Shown here in pieces: positions 12,729 through 26,511 of a stretch of DNA of 47,883 nucleotides (its first letter is position 1; every line of letters starts with the position of its first letter). The notes under the pieces were generated by a model that saw only the letters and a program-made list of their open reading frames with translations, searched no databases and was not told the origin of the DNA. A program made the position numbers and the translations under genes. The DNA is from Dimargaris cristalligena (Eukaryota). The stretch covers positions 1 through 47,883 of the forward strand of contig ML002284.1 in the NCBI GenBank assembly GCA_003614675.1, read 5' to 3'.

Positions 12729-13743
12729 TCATAGACCCACTGCCCGCCCACATGACTCGTCCAACGCAGGGTCAGTCACGACATTCAAAAAATCATTTAA
12801 AATAAACGCCGTCAGTCCCCAAATACGCGGCTCGATATCCGGGGGGGTTCTAAACTCGGGTATTTTGTATTTGGATTTGCGAAAGGGCACCATGGTCCGG
12901 CAGTCGGGGTCGAGCAGTTCCGCCACGGATAAGCCGAATACTTTGGACAGCTCGGCCCGATTATATTTCAGTGTACCGGGGTCCAGTGGAGCCCCGCCGT
13001 CAATGACGCCAATGTAGGGGTGAACGCGAATGGTGCCGTCCACGTTGGGCACCGCGTGGGTTCCGCCTAGGATGGCAATGCGGTCGGGGTCAATGTGGAT
13101 CTCTTCAAAGGTTTCGCGTAGACTGGTGTATTCGGGGCTAGGGTCGGTGGGATCACGCATGCCACCGGGAAAACTACCACCGGTACAGAAAACAATTGGC
13201 CAATAAATATGAAAAATACCATATAGATATATATATATATATTTGATTGAACAGAGGTTAGTAGACTGAGTGAGTGGACATAGGGAATCCAGAAGGAAGC
13301 GACCGGCCCCCTCGATGGGGACTTGGTATATACATACTATGAGACTCAGCCGAAAAACAAAGCTAGGATTCGGAAATACACCTGAGGACAACATACCTTA
13401 TCTCTCCCTGGTGGGTACTCAGAGACATACTCCGCACGGTAAATAAAACAGAGGGTTGTCCGCCAATGGTACACAAGGGCAACAGAACCGCGGCCTCCCG
13501 GGTAGCGCGGCGGGCATGGAAAGTATAAGCCGAGGGTTGTTGGGCCCTAGCTTGGAGACGGGCTCGAATACAATCCCGAGTGACACTTTGGGACAAGTCG
13601 AAGGGGGCCGCTAACGGGGACGGGGACGGCGAAGGAGGGGCGGAAGCGGGCTGTCCAGCCGCACAAGTCGAGCTCCACACCTTCGACGGGCCCCGTCGGA
13701 GGCCGGCGTACGGCGGCACGAGATTTCGGGACACCCGCCACAT
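12729..13743 (-). CDS. Nudix hydrolase, CoA-pyrophosphatase (PCD1/NUDT7/NUDT8-like); exons 13743-13397, 13173-12729; about 263 aa
   Basis: AAVLLPL..VLFTVRS..LSTHQGEI|SFPGG, Nudix box GG..D..D.....LRETFEEI, C-terminal IWGLTAFIL. GTATGT..TAG intron in phase. Arg-rich N-terminus resembles a mitochondrial presequence. Confidence 0.92.
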
Positions 13744-14788
13744 GTGGAAGCGAAAGAGACTAGGTGAGTGAGGGGGTATAGATAGATGGTTTAGCACTGG
13801 CGAATGGCCCAAGGGGAAGACTAACTGACTAGGGCGCGGCTGCCAAACTGGAAATAAGTTAAGCGGCACAGGAAACAGGGCAACGAATTATAGATATTAA
13901 AAAAACTGTCCGTAAAAATGGGTGGTAGAGGGACAGGCTAAAAGAGAGTAGGCAAGGAAGGAGGGTCCTTGCGAGGGAGTGCAATATAGTAGAGGCGGTA
14001 TTTCAAAAGAACACCACCTCCTTCTCTGAATTAATCATACACGACCAATGCTCTCCTCCTCCACACTGAATGGATAATATAATACAACCGAGCATAGCGA
14101 GATGGTGACTCCTTTAGTTGATTGGTGGTGTCTATGACCTATCAAGAGGGGAAGTTATGGTTTAGCGTCTCTTCTTCCCCCCTTATTCAAGCTTCCCTTT
14201 TTGAGATTTGTATGGGGCACCACACAGTCTGCCACAGTTAATTTAATTACTTTAAAACCCCCGGGTCGAAAGCGGATGAATATAAACTAGCCCAAAGGTA
14301 TAAAACAAGTCTTGCCAGAAACGGTCGCCAACCCGTGGAATATGGAAAGGCCAGCCCAGTTTCAAAAGAGGCTAAACGACCAATAAATCAGTAAATATTG
14401 ACTAGTCATAGAACAGCCACATGTGGGATAATCGTCCATGACGAATGGGGGCAACCCGGTATTTTCCGAAGGGGGCTGAACCAACCTGTCGCCAAAGAAG
14501 GTGTTAGTTTAGTAAGAGATAAAGAAACAACCACTACTTCCTCACTAATTACTGTAACCATCTGGCACCATCACTCCTCAGGAGAGACAATTTCGAAAGT
14601 AGAGAACACGTGATCGATTCCGGGCTGGGGTCATTTTCATTGGATAATGTACAATAGATGAGTAAATAAATAGAGCAGAGTAGTAGTAAGTAGGGGATTT
14701 ATAATTAGGATCAACCAGATTACGCCATTTCAACAACCATTCCCCACAGAAACACGGCCTCCAGTAAATAACTCTCAGGGCAGCATTG

Positions 14789-14817
14789 CCACACACACAC
14801 ACACACACACACACACA
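14789..14817. repeat. (CA)n microsatellite
   Basis: Direct reading. Confidence 0.9.
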
Positions 14818-15238
14818 ATTTAGCAAAACCAACTTTGGGATTAAGTTTTCCATATTACAAGATTAGTGGGGAGAGAAAAGGTTTTATTTACTCACAGCAG
14901 ACTGGCACCAATCCAACTTGGCGAGTTAACGCACAACACAAGATAAGCTCATTTTTAAATAATAAAGGGTATGAAGAGGAGGGGGAACAGGGTTGGTCAT
15001 GAGAAAAGGGTGCTCATCATAAATAAAGCGAATTGTCATTAACGAAGGAATGATAAATACAAAAGGAGTAGTGAGAGTGAGAGTAAGAAGGCATGATTTT
15101 ATGAGCAAACTAGCCCACCCATGCTATGTATATAGCCCCTCTCACAGCTAAACTAAGATAGTTACCATTCCACCACTTCAGGCAACCCGCGGCGTTTTGG
15201 AGCCCTGGACTTAATAATAATCCCAAAGAGTGAGGAAA

Positions 15239-16171
15239 TTAGTTCTTGGTGATTCCGAGGACGGCCTGGATTTCGTCGTAGAGAACCAGGACGAGGGCAC
15301 CACCGGTACCACGGATGATGTTGGAGAAACCACCGTGGAAGAAGGCCTTGGGGCCCTCAGCCTTGAGCAGCTTGACGAAGCAGTCGACGGCGGAAGTGTA
15401 CAGGATCTCGGAACGGCCAGCCTGCATCATCATGCGACGACGGACAGTGTCCATGGGGTAGGAGATCATACCGGCAATAACGGTAACGGTCTGGGCGACC
15501 AACCAAGACTGCCAGATGGCGGGCTTCTTGGACTTGTCGGGGAAGAGCATGCTCTTGGCGGTATCGAAACCACCAAAGTAGGCGGCACGGTAGACGATGA
15601 TACCGGCGACGGACACGCCGAAGCCCTGGTAGAGACCCTTCAGACCGTCGGCCTTGTAGATGGTGGAGATGCAGTGGCCGAGACCGGTGAACTGACGGTT
15701 GGCGCCGGAACCGATATCGACGGCCATACGGGTACGGGCGAAATCGAGGGGGTAGACGAACATGAGGGAAGTGGCACCAGCGGCACCACCGGAGGCCAGG
15801 TTACCGGCGAAGAACTTCCAGAAGTCGGTCTTGGAGTCGTAACGCTGGAAGATGGCCTTGTACTTGTCCTTGAAGGCGAAGTTGAGGGCCTGGGTGGGGA
15901 AGTAACGGATCACGTTGGACAAGTTACCGCGCCACAGGGAACCGATGCCCTGCTCGGCGGGGATACGACGGAAGGCATCCATGATACCCTTGTACTGCTT
16001 GTCCTTGGCGATCTGGGTGGAAGAGGCCTGGACCTGGAGCAGAAGCTTGACACGCTCAATGGGGGCAACGACGGTCTTGGACACACCGGCGGAGATACCA
16101 CCAGCGGCCAGATCCTTGGCGAAGGACACGACGGCGTCGGAAGTGGCGGAAGACTTGGTGTTGGCAGACAT
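15239..16171 (-). CDS. AAC: Mitochondrial ADP/ATP carrier (adenine nucleotide translocase), 310 aa, no coding introns
   Basis: [42 protein letters not shown] and the RRRMMM signature. Start MSANTKSS at 16171; strong codon bias. Confidence 0.98.
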   Translation of the reverse strand: MSANTKSSATSDAVVSFAKDLAAGGISAGVSKTVVAPIERVKLLLQVQASSTQIAKDKQYKGIMDAFRRIPAEQGIGSLWRGNLSNVIRYFPTQALNFAFKDKYKAIFQRYDSKTDFWKFFAGNLASGGAAGATSLMFVYPLDFARTRMAVDIGSGANRQFTGLGHCISTIYKADGLKGLYQGFGVSVAGIIVYRAAYFGGFDTAKSMLFPDKSKKPAIWQSWLVAQTVTVIAGMISYPMDTVRRRMMMQAGRSEILYTSAVDCFVKLLKAEGPKAFFHGGFSNIIRGTGGALVLVLYDEIQAVLGITKN

Positions 16172-18129
16172 GATGAAAAGGGAGTCTAAGGCGGGAGAAA
16201 TAAAACCTAAAGGAAGAGAAAACCAACCGAGGAACAAAAGAAAAGAGACAAGCGAGGGATGGTGGGAGGACCCGGTGGTCTAATATACCACGGGCTGAAA
16301 AAAAGGATGGGGAGGGGCGCGCATATACACTCCTTCATTCTGTAGGGTATTGTTGGGGCACGATTGGGTTGGGGAGCGCATACACCCACCCAGTCTACTA
16401 GTGGATAGATAGATAGATAGATAGAGAGATACTGGGAAAAAAAGGCAGTTGATAATAATGCGCTGCCACTACTATATACCACCCCATCCACTGAAAAAAT
16501 TTTCAGCCAGTGGTGAAGAGCGGATGGGGCGTTTCTTCTAACCCTCTGGTCCAACTAACTGAGTTCCCCCATGCGTGGTGTGGCCGCTGACTGGTGGATC
16601 CCCCCTTCATACTAAACCCACTACTATTACTGAACCGCTTCGGGTACACCCCACACCACCACACACACACACTGTATGTAGAAAGAGGAACAGCCAGCGG
16701 ATCAGACAGAGAGAGTGAGAGTGGGAGCAGATTCCCGCGTTCCAATTTGCCGCCACTGCCTTTCCTGGTGGTGCACGGAATTCATCGGAACCGCCAGCGA
16801 ATAGTGACCATATTTTATATACTACAGCGGGTGGTGTATGGCTCAGCTCAACTTAGTTGGCCGTGTCCCAAAGGGAGAGTGGTTAACTCCCCCCGTTGCA
16901 CAGGTACCACGATATGGGGATACTCCTTGGCCATTGGGCGGCATCATATCGCGGTTAATTGAAAGTCGGAAATATGCCCCCCTGAAGGGGACAAATAAGG
17001 AGGTGCTCTAGCCAGTCGAACTGCTAATAACCATCCCGGTACTATAAAGCAATTCCCCCAATGACTGTACCGCCGGGCTAAGGAAAACAGCCCAACTAAC
17101 TCCCTATCGCCATCACGTGCCACTCCCCTCCCCCAATAATCGGATGGGGCCGATGGAAGATAAACCATACTAAGTAGTATAGTGCACATAAATCGGCAAT
17201 ATCCCTTCCCTCCTCCTCCGCCTCCATTTACAAACCAATAAATGGGCCACACATGGGCAGATTAGTATATAATATAATACCCTCCCCAAGTAAACACGTA
17301 AATATAAATAAATAAATGGAATGGGTATTGTTTTGCATGGAAATGACAAGGCCACTACTACCTCGCCCAGGCAGCCGTCACGGTGTTTTCTACACCCGAG
17401 GGGAGGAAAACGGTATGCACACACGGCCAGGGGGCATTACGGATATCTAATACTTTATTAATTGTTGGGAACGATAGGACAGTTAATAAAGTAATTAAGT
17501 GCGTGGTGGATTCCGCCATGTCTCGTGTTGGCTAAAGTCAGTCGGCGGGAAAAAGGGGCCTGCCACAACTCACATTCCCCCGCACTGTTGAATGCTGTAC
17601 ATCTCTATCCATACGGGAGACCAATGGCAGACCCTTGCGTGGGGCTGTCGTATTTTCTTGACCCCCCCTAAACCAATATCCATAAATAATCGCAATCAAT
17701 GGCCCTGCAAAGCCTCTCGTTGGACAGTGGCGGCTGATGCCATTCATTGTCCTTGGCCGAGGATTGTCACGCTGAATTGCTGTCAATTGGTGATGTACCA
17801 CCACCACTCCAGGGCGATTCGAGGGGAGGGGGAGTTAAATAGTTTTTAAAAAATAAAATGAAAATATCATTTTACTGATGGTCTGGCTCGAGGCTGCGTT
17901 CGACGCTCAACTAACAACAAACTACACGACCGACTCCACGAACTCTTCCCAACTTATCGAGCGTCTGTTTAGGATCACGGTAGACCGATATAGTTCAGCC
18001 CCTTAGATAGCAATGCTTGGGGTTAATCCGATCGAGCATCCCGGTGATTGGCGCCAGTTGGTCGCATGTTGCGCATTAAAGGAGCCACGGAGGAGCGAGC
18101 CAATTTGCCGAACCCATCCGTCCTAGATT

Positions 18130-18197
18130 ATAGTAGTAGTAGTAGTAGTAACATCACGGGATATCACTGCTACTACTACTACTACTACTACTACTAT
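18130..18197. repeat. Inverted microsatellite pair (TAG)n...(CTA)n
   Basis: ATAGTAGTAGTAGTAGTAGTA at 18130-18150 is the reverse complement of the TACTAC..TAT tract ending at 18197. Confidence 0.9.
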
Positions 18198-18807
18198 TAT
18201 AGATAGTAGCGGCTTGGAGTGTATGCAGGTAAAAGAAGAAGGCCTTCTCTATTGCACACGCTTCGCTTACCTACAGAGCCACTGTACCTTCGGTTTTGTC
18301 CCCGTTGTACATACACTACCCAGACCCTTCTCTCTCTTTTTCTCTTCTCCCATTCCACTCTATATTATTCGTTTTCCGCCTCTTTGCCTTTATTCCAGCG
18401 CATTGCCAACCATTTCGTCTTCATTTCCACCTTAAAACCCCCACATGTATCTCAGCCATTGAACCAGCCTCAGCATTTAGACGGACTTCCAGTGTAGCAG
18501 GAGGATTTCCCCTCTCTAATTAACCATCTCCCACGTCTCTAATTATAGAGTGATAAAACTGTAGTTTGCTCAGTTCTCTTTGTTATACATTCATACACCC
18601 ACCCATACTTTACGCCCTCAATTCCACCAAGGCTTTATAGTATCACGTCCGTCTCCTTTACCTCCCCGACCTCAGGCACCTGGGTGCCATTCCAAAGGGC
18701 TGTCCGTATACCCATGATCCCCACTCGTGTTTTTTACACTCCGACTTGATCACCTCTTCTTTCCAGTTACACTCACCCCTCCCTCCAGCGTTTTTTTGAT
18801 TTCGAAC

Positions 18808-20954
18808 ATGTCTGATGTAGGTACTCTTTAACCGTTGGAGTTGACCCTATTGTGCCCCATGTTAGCATTCCTCTGTGCCCCCGTCCAACTATTTCGGCCC
18901 AATTTGAATAGACTCCCACAGGACAAGGTCTGTGCAACCCTTATTCCCCCCCGTTTAGCTTCTAATCCCCCTTCACGCTCCTTGCCATTCCCATGTTGGT
19001 CTTTTCCCTGCCCTAGTTTGCCAAATTGATGCGTCTGGCCGACGAGCACACCAATCGGGTGCAATCGAATATACAGCAGCGGTCGAAACGGCCCGCTCCG
19101 CCTACCCAGCGTGTCCCACCAACTGGTACTCCTCGTGGCCTCCCCAATCGCTCTCGACCACTTCCCGACCTTGCGGAAGCTACTCGCATTGCTGAAGAAG
19201 CCACCCGCGAATTCCAACAAATCCGAAATGCCCCCCGACCCAAGCCCAAACCGAGTGCTGCCTCAGCGTCCCAAAGAGAGCGAGCGGCCCCTTCGTCTCG
19301 GGCCGCTCCCCGGAATGGTTCGACCGAACCCCGGATACCTGCCTCTTCAGCCGCTCGTCGACCGGGAGCGTCGTCCACTTCTTCACCTGCTCCATCCAAT
19401 CTGGTTCCGGCGCGCCGACCTGCCGCTGAGTCACTGGCCCGAAACACCGCTGCAGTTAAAATGTCCTACAGCGAACTTTTGAAGCACGCCTCGGACAAGC
19501 TTGGCCCAGCTGCCCAACACAAACCGGCGCATGCCCCGATACCCATTCGTGATAAGGTAATTTCGAATCCCATCCCTCCCCTCCCACCCGTCATTGCAAC
19601 ACTGTACAGCGATCGGGGGCCATCATAAGTTGGACTCCACCGGTTGGCTAAAACTATTCATAGTTCCAAGTTTTCCCAGCCTGGTGATGATTACCCCCCT
19701 CCTCCATCATTCATATTCTAATCCTTTCCATTTGTTGATATTTCTATTATATTCACCCAGCCCAAACTTAGCAATGGATCCTTGAGTAAACCAACCCGCC
19801 CCGGGGAACCCGCGTCTTCAGCGAGAAAATCCAACTTATTTATGCCGCCTAAAGTATCTAGCCAACGGCCCCGACCAGCCCCAGTGGATGCTCGGCGGTC
19901 CACCCTCCCCGCCTCGACCCGTCCCGTTGCCTCAGCTACTGTCCCGTCATCATATTCAACCGCCCCTGGTCGCCCCCTGGCCCGGATGGCCCCTCCCGCG
20001 CGAACCATGCCCACCGATTTGATTCCCCTGAGTAAGGCTAAGCGCGACCGGCGGTCCATTGAGGAGGTCCAGTCGGACCTAAAGCGCCGTCGCACCGCCG
20101 CCGCCCCTGACCGGCCCCTCTCACCCCCACCCAATCGCCGCCCCACTCCCTCTCCGATCCAGCGCCGACCCGCTCCCCTCCGCGATGCTCCACCCTCGGC
20201 CATTGGTGCTACCCTCCCCCGCCCCCATGCCAAGTACGCCGGTAAGAAACCCCCTTCCTCCGGTTCCTCGGTGGCCTCTAAAACCGTGCCCCAGAAGCGA
20301 CCTCCGACCGCTACAGCCGCTTCCCGGAGCTACCGGGCCGATGCCGATGACTGGGATCGCCCACGGTCAGGCACCAATGGTGTCAAACGGCCCTACCCCG
20401 ACCAGCCATCATCGCGGCGACCCCCCCACTCACCCGTTGCATTATCCCGTGCCGCCACCACGGCTCGGCCTCGGCCCACCGTGTCCCAAAAGAAACCCCC
20501 GAGTTCGGCCGTTTCCCGCGCTCCGGCCCAGTACGGGGGTAAACGCCCTCCTACCAGTGCCCGTCCCGCGCCTAGTCGGGCGCCCCCACCGCGCCTTTCC
20601 TATCCCGGCCAGCGGCGTCCCCAGGGCCGGGGGGAGGTTGGTCCCGCCCACGCCTACCGGGATGATGAGGAAGAGTACGAGAGTGATCTCGATAGCTTCA
20701 TCGTGGACGACGAGGACGAGGGTAATGATGTCGGCAGCGTCCTCAAGGATGTTTTCGGTTACGATCGTAGTCGTTACCAGAATTACCCGGATGACGACGA
20801 TATCGATAATATGGAGGCTGATGCCCGGTCGGTGCGCCTGGAGGAGGCCCGAAGTGCCCGACTCGCTCGCCAGGAAGATCAGGAGGAAGAGGAGCGGGAG
20901 CGGTTGCAAACCGAGGCTAAACGCCGGCGCAAAACGTCTCAACGGGATGCATAA
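18808..20954 (+). CDS. SPT2: SPT2 chromatin protein / histone chaperone; exons 18808-18816, 19017-19556, 19761-20954; about 580 aa
   Basis: MSD|FAKLMRLA N-terminus; long Pro/Arg/Ser disordered middle; C-terminal SDLDSFIVDD..FGYDRSRY..DDDDIDNMEA..EEARSARLARQEDQEEE. Canonical splice sites in frame. Confidence 0.88.
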
Positions 20955-21721
20955 AATTCTCCGCGAGCTGGACCGCTACCCTCCTCTGAATTCATGGTTT
21001 GTCTGGATATGTAGGAGGGGGGAGAGTGTGCCTCTGTTGTCAATTGGGCATAATACTTAATATTGCTCCTGAGTTTTATTGATCTCCTTTTTTGAGTTTT
21101 TTTTTCTATAGTGCGCTTATTATTAATTGGGGGATATTGGCCCAATTTTTAGATTTGCCCGACCACCACCACCTTTAAGATTTCTGCTCAGCATGCTTAG
21201 CCGCCGTTTTTGTACTAACGTGTGCGGTGATATCACCAACGGTCTTTTACATTCCTCTTTGATTAGTGTATGTTCCGCTTTTTGCCTATAGATGGGCCCC
21301 TATTTGGTTTTATTTTATTTTATTTCTTGATATTATTAAACGCCAAGTCCTTTTTACTTTGGGCTTATATATGAAATGTACTTTATACCGATTTTCCTTT
21401 CATTTTGATGCAAATAAAGCCAACCCCCGTCACCGATTGCCTCATTAATAGGTCTGCTTATTAATGTGTATAATTGGGGTGGATACGACAAACACCTTCT
21501 TCCCTTATGCGCGGGAGGCATTCCTTGGTTTCATACTGTTAGACATCCCATAGGCATGACATACTCCATGCAACCTCCGAGAGTTTGTTCTGCCTAATGC
21601 TTCTTATTTATTGACCCCAGCGACTTCCCATTGGGCTTCCTAGCTTATTTACTTTCACTCTATAGTCCACCCCCCTCTCTTTATTTGACCCCCCCTTCAT
21701 TGCTCAACTAACGCTTTACTC

Positions 21722-23422
21722 ATGTGGGTTTTTGGCTACGGCAGTCTCATTTGGAAAGTCGACTTTCCCATCGAAACCAGGTAAGGCGCTCCCGATTTGG
21801 TGTTCGCAGTAGCAACTAGTCCCTTCTTAATATTCGCTTGACTGCATTGGCCTCCCGGGAATGAATGTACTCTGGCCTGGCCTATACCATATGTGTTTAC
21901 TGGTCTAACCCCTACTTGCCACTTGCTTTGGTGCATGGCTCAATTTTTTACTATTAAACGTTATTTTACCACTCTTTTCGATTAGTCGGCCCGGCTATAT
22001 TAAAGGCTTCGTCCGGCGGTTTTGGCAGGTAAGTGGGATTCACCGTATTACCTAGCCCAGATAAATGAATAATCAGGTGCAGTGCGGCACAGGTCTTGGG
22101 CTAGAATAGTGGAGTGTCCCAAATGATAGCTTGGATTGTTTCTGTAGTCCCCCTCTACCCCGCCCCTCTTTACTTTGTACTTAATCAACTTATTTGGTAT
22201 TGTTTCTAATGACCACCCTCCTCCCAAATGTTTAGGGAAGTCATGACCACCGGGGAACTGAGGAAAACCCAGGGCGTGTGGTAACCCTGATTCCAACCGA
22301 GGAGTTAGCCCAGTTTGAGGACAACGTAGGTTATTCGATAGCTAATTTTATTTAGTAAATATATACTACTTTAATTATGATCGTAGTTGATACTAGCTCT
22401 TTCCTTGCCACATATCTGTCGAATGTATTTATCGAACATTGGGAGATATGGGTTATTCATGCTGGTACCACCGAGTTTAACCACGTTTTCTGTTATTTAA
22501 ACAATTGTTACTCTGCCTTATATATATATGTATACATTAGCACATGGAAACGATCGCCTGGGGAATGGCCTACAAGGTTGAAGAGTCCAAAGTGGCTGAA
22601 GTTGTCAAACACCTCGACCACCGGGAAAAGGTAATTCCTAAGATAAAGAGGATACTTAACTTCGTGTGTGTGTTATTTACCCTAGACCAGTGGATTTTCA
22701 GCTCTAATCAATATAATCTTAATCGCAACCCCTTAATCTATTTGGATGTCATATTTGGGCCTTCTTGGGATTACATATTATCTTGCCCAATATTCCTCTA
22801 CTAGAACGGCTATTCGGTCCACCATGTACACGTTTATCATCCTGATTCCGAAACCCCCGTCGTGGAAGATGTAAGTGCTGACTAACCTCGGATTCTCCCA
22901 TTGCTTCTTGCGTAATGCCTGAACATACACTTATATATTAATTACTGCTGCTTTTAACCCTTACTTTATTTTATACCAATCTTCCGCACTATAACCCATT
23001 GATTCCTGTGGTAGGCTGTGGTGTATATTGGTACCCCCGACAATGAGGCATTCTTAGGGCCGGCTTCCTTAGATGCCATCTCCCATCAGATTGCCAAGTC
23101 CGTAGGTAGGTTAGATATCTCTGCTCACCGCTAATTTAGCGGGGGTATTTAAATTATTGACACCAGAGGTCGACTGAGCTACGGGTTATGTTCGTTTTGT
23201 GGGGTAGTCATCTACTTTCTCGATTAATTCAAGTTTCCTATTTCTTGTTTGAATCGCGCTATACTACATCTAGGCCCAAGTGGACCAAACATCGACTATC
23301 TTCTCAACTTGTGCCATGCCCTGAGAGCAATTAGCCCCGATGCCTTTGACTCGCATTTATTTGCCCTGGAGAAGAGAGTCCTCGAAATCAAGGCGGAGCA
23401 GGCTAAACAGGTCGAGTATTAA
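21722..23422 (+). CDS. GCG1: ChaC-family glutathione-specific gamma-glutamylcyclotransferase; 7 exons (21722-21780, 21986-22028, 22236-22325, 22541-22630, 22805-22870, 23015-23105, 23274-23422)
   Basis: [82 protein letters not shown]. All introns GT-AG and in phase. Confidence 0.95.
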
Positions 23423-23957
23423 GCACCATGACCTTAAATTCCTGCCCTTTCTTTTTTTTTTTGAGCCATTGCCCCTTATCTCCAATGTTTGAGTCCTAGA
23501 TTTTGGTTTTACTGTAAACAGGTTAATGACCATGGTACCCACTTTGTTATTATAATCCGTTTATAAATTTACCAATGCTATATTCTACTAAGGAATAAGG
23601 TCAGTCTATTAGTAGGGAATACGTACAGTTAGTTAGTTATGCGGCGTATCTGTGGTAGAAATCTACGCCTTCAAAACAGACCCGGTTATTCTGATACATA
23701 TAGTAGCTACTAGGGTAATAGCGAATACCAATACTTAATGCGAAATGATGGAAACCATTCTAATACCACCCACCCACAAAAACACCCCAACTATCTGAAA
23801 CGCTGACGGTAGTTTTCTTCCAACCTAATCTTTAGCACACAACTATTATACAGCCTTTCTCCTTCTCCCCATCGGTTGCATCGCCACAATAATAACCACC
23901 TCATTTTAGGGATTTCTTGTATACGCATTCGGCCAAAGCGAACTTAATTCCACCGAC

Positions 23958-25157
23958 ATGTCCACTAGCAATGAGGTATATTCCCCCTTTCTGTAATTGA
24001 CGACCGCATTGTACAGACACGGCCCGCCGAGTCGATGCCAAAATCGCGTCTCATGCTGTGCGGCCCATTAGTAGAATGATCACCTTCGAGACACCTACCC
24101 TAGTCCGAATATGCCTCATGTCAGCCCCGTTGGAGAATATATTCCTGACCGACTGCGATTACCCTATGGTTCAGATTCCAACAACCATATGTAGCCTATT
24201 TATCTGCTAAAAGCTACAACTATACACTAATATTCACTCCCGACTATGTATTATATATATATATCTCATCATTATCCTTGCTTTCAATAGGCATCAACAC
24301 CGGTCCCGCTTCTCGAGAAGACCCTCACGGATATGACCGAGGCAACCGAACCCAACCCCGCCCTAGACGAGGTGAAGAAACCCGATAATGTTGATCAGGA
24401 CGACGATGAAAAAGAGGCCGAGGACGCCAAAGGAAAATTCGAACCACTGCAGCGGGTCAAGATTACGGAACACAGTAAAGAGGACTTATTGTATGTATAA
24501 CACCTTACATACTCTCTTTTAGTTATATATCACTCCTCCCTTCCCCCAAGACAGCGCCATACTATACCAACGGTGTCTAATTTTATATGTTTTTTTGTTG
24601 CTTGGTCGTATTTTCCGTCCACTTTATTATCTCATATTTCTTCACTTGACAGAGTCTTGCTGGAAAACTTCTCACCGATTCAACAGGAGCGCTACGAAGC
24701 TTACCGCCGGTCGGCACTGAACAAATCGGTCGTTAAACGGCTTATCAGCAATATCCTAAACCAAACCGCTTCGTCGGAACTGGCCTTTGTCGTGGCCGGT
24801 TTCGGCAAGGTCTTCATTGGCGAGATTGTTGAAAAAGGTACGTTGATTATATTACGTTGCCTTGGCCGGCTAATAAAGCCATTGGGAGGTGCATCTACCC
24901 TATATACATATCACTTCGGGTACTCCCTGCGAATGTTTATTGAACCCGGATTATAAAAACTAACCCCTATTCGGTCAAAATATTTTTACTTATACCCTTC
25001 CCTCCAATTCTTATATTTTCCAGCCCGGGATATTCAAGAGCAGTGGGGTGACGAGGGCGCACTCAGTCCGGCCCATTTGCGCGAAGCCTACCGGCGCTAC
25101 CAAAACGAAACAGGGCTAGTTCCCTCAACGATCTACCGTAAACGCAAGTTCAATTAG
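23958..25157 (+). CDS. TAF11: TFIID subunit TAF11 (histone fold); exons 23958-23975, 24291-24490, 24653-24837, 25024-25157
   Basis: LLENFSPIQQERYEAYRRSALNKSVVKRL..VAGFGKVFIGEIVEKAR..WGDEGALSPAHLREAYRRY. The first micro-exon is less certain. Confidence 0.92.
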
Positions 25158-26511
25158 TCGATCGGCGATGTTGCCACGTGAATGTATTATAACCCGCCTT
25201 GCCGCAGCTGTTTATTTATTCAATATTATTAAAGAAATATGGTTTCTTATTCATTAAATACAATGGTATATACCTCTATAATCTGCCTACCCTAATGCAT
25301 TGAGTAAACTGGTGGCTTGTTGATTATGAAACCCAAATTCGACGCATCAGCCAGTCGAAAGTTAATAGTGACAATAGGAGAGGTGCCAACCATGTAAGCT
25401 GTTGTAGTCACGTGCCTGTTTAGCGAATCATGAATTTGGCTGTAGTTCCGCCCACCTAGACTGCACCCTGCCACATTTGATATGGGGAGGACCATCACAC
25501 ATTTTACTACCACTCTATTATGGTGGTGGTTGGGACACGCATACCATAATATACCATACCAAGAAAGAACCACCCACCACCACCTGTTGTGCTTAGTATG
25601 GGGGGCCATCATAGTAAAGCATAACAAGCCCCAGGCCAAATTTTTCGCCAGCCCAAGGATAGAAAACTTATGAAGCCGCAGGACCACATACCCACGGCGC
25701 AGGCCCAATGAAGTTGGGGGTGGCGAGGTAGGTAGACGGGGATATAATCTAGGTATAGGACGATGCAGCCTAGTCTCTCCCTCTCTCTCTCTCTCCTTTT
25801 CCGCTTTGACATCCACCATCGATATCTTTGCGTAAGCTTATCGGTCTCTTGCGAGTTAAATTCTTTAAGTACCAAAGATCCCCCCCGTTCCTCCTCCCCG
25901 CACTACCGCACCCAACGTAAGTGTCACGACCGGTTCTACCTCGAGTTTTTACACAGGCGCATGCGTAGTGGGGATCGATTCACCACCATCAGCGAGTATC
26001 CATCCATCCATCCATCCGATGGAGTAGTCGAAGATTCGGGTGGTTTCGAAGAGACCGGCCGACCCCTTTACTCTACTCCCGCCCACACCGACCACAGTTT
26101 TCCTTGGATCGATGTAGTAGATGTGGTGCGCCCGGATTATTTTTTTGGATGGATGGATACTTGGCGGTGACGTTGCCCTCCCCATGTTGTTTCACTCTTC
26201 AGGTGCGGTTGTCACCTTAACGAACGGGCGGTGTATCGATTGTCCATATATAGGAATATACCATCTCCGTTTCTTGTATTGGCAACCATTGCGAGTATAC
26301 TCGTGTGGTCGTGTCCCATTCGATTCGGTGGAGGAGATCTCCCATTTGGACTTTCGAGGAGTTGGAATACGGGTCATCTTAGATAGCTCCCGGATAACCC
26401 TCATGCCACTTCGACCAACCAAGCTCACTCTTGCTAACCTTTCAACTATGCCGCCGATATTCTCCTACTCTACCCCCGATGTACAATATATATATATATC
26501 CAGTTCTCAAA

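Noticed and set aside
15230-16189. 319-aa + strand ORF exactly overlapping the ADP/ATP carrier
   Set aside because: Antisense shadow caused by strong codon bias in the real gene; no protein-like features.
19013-21060. Several long alternative-frame and antisense ORFs over SPT2 (for example 20185-21060, 291 aa)
   Set aside because: GC-rich low-complexity coding sequence lacks stops in other frames.
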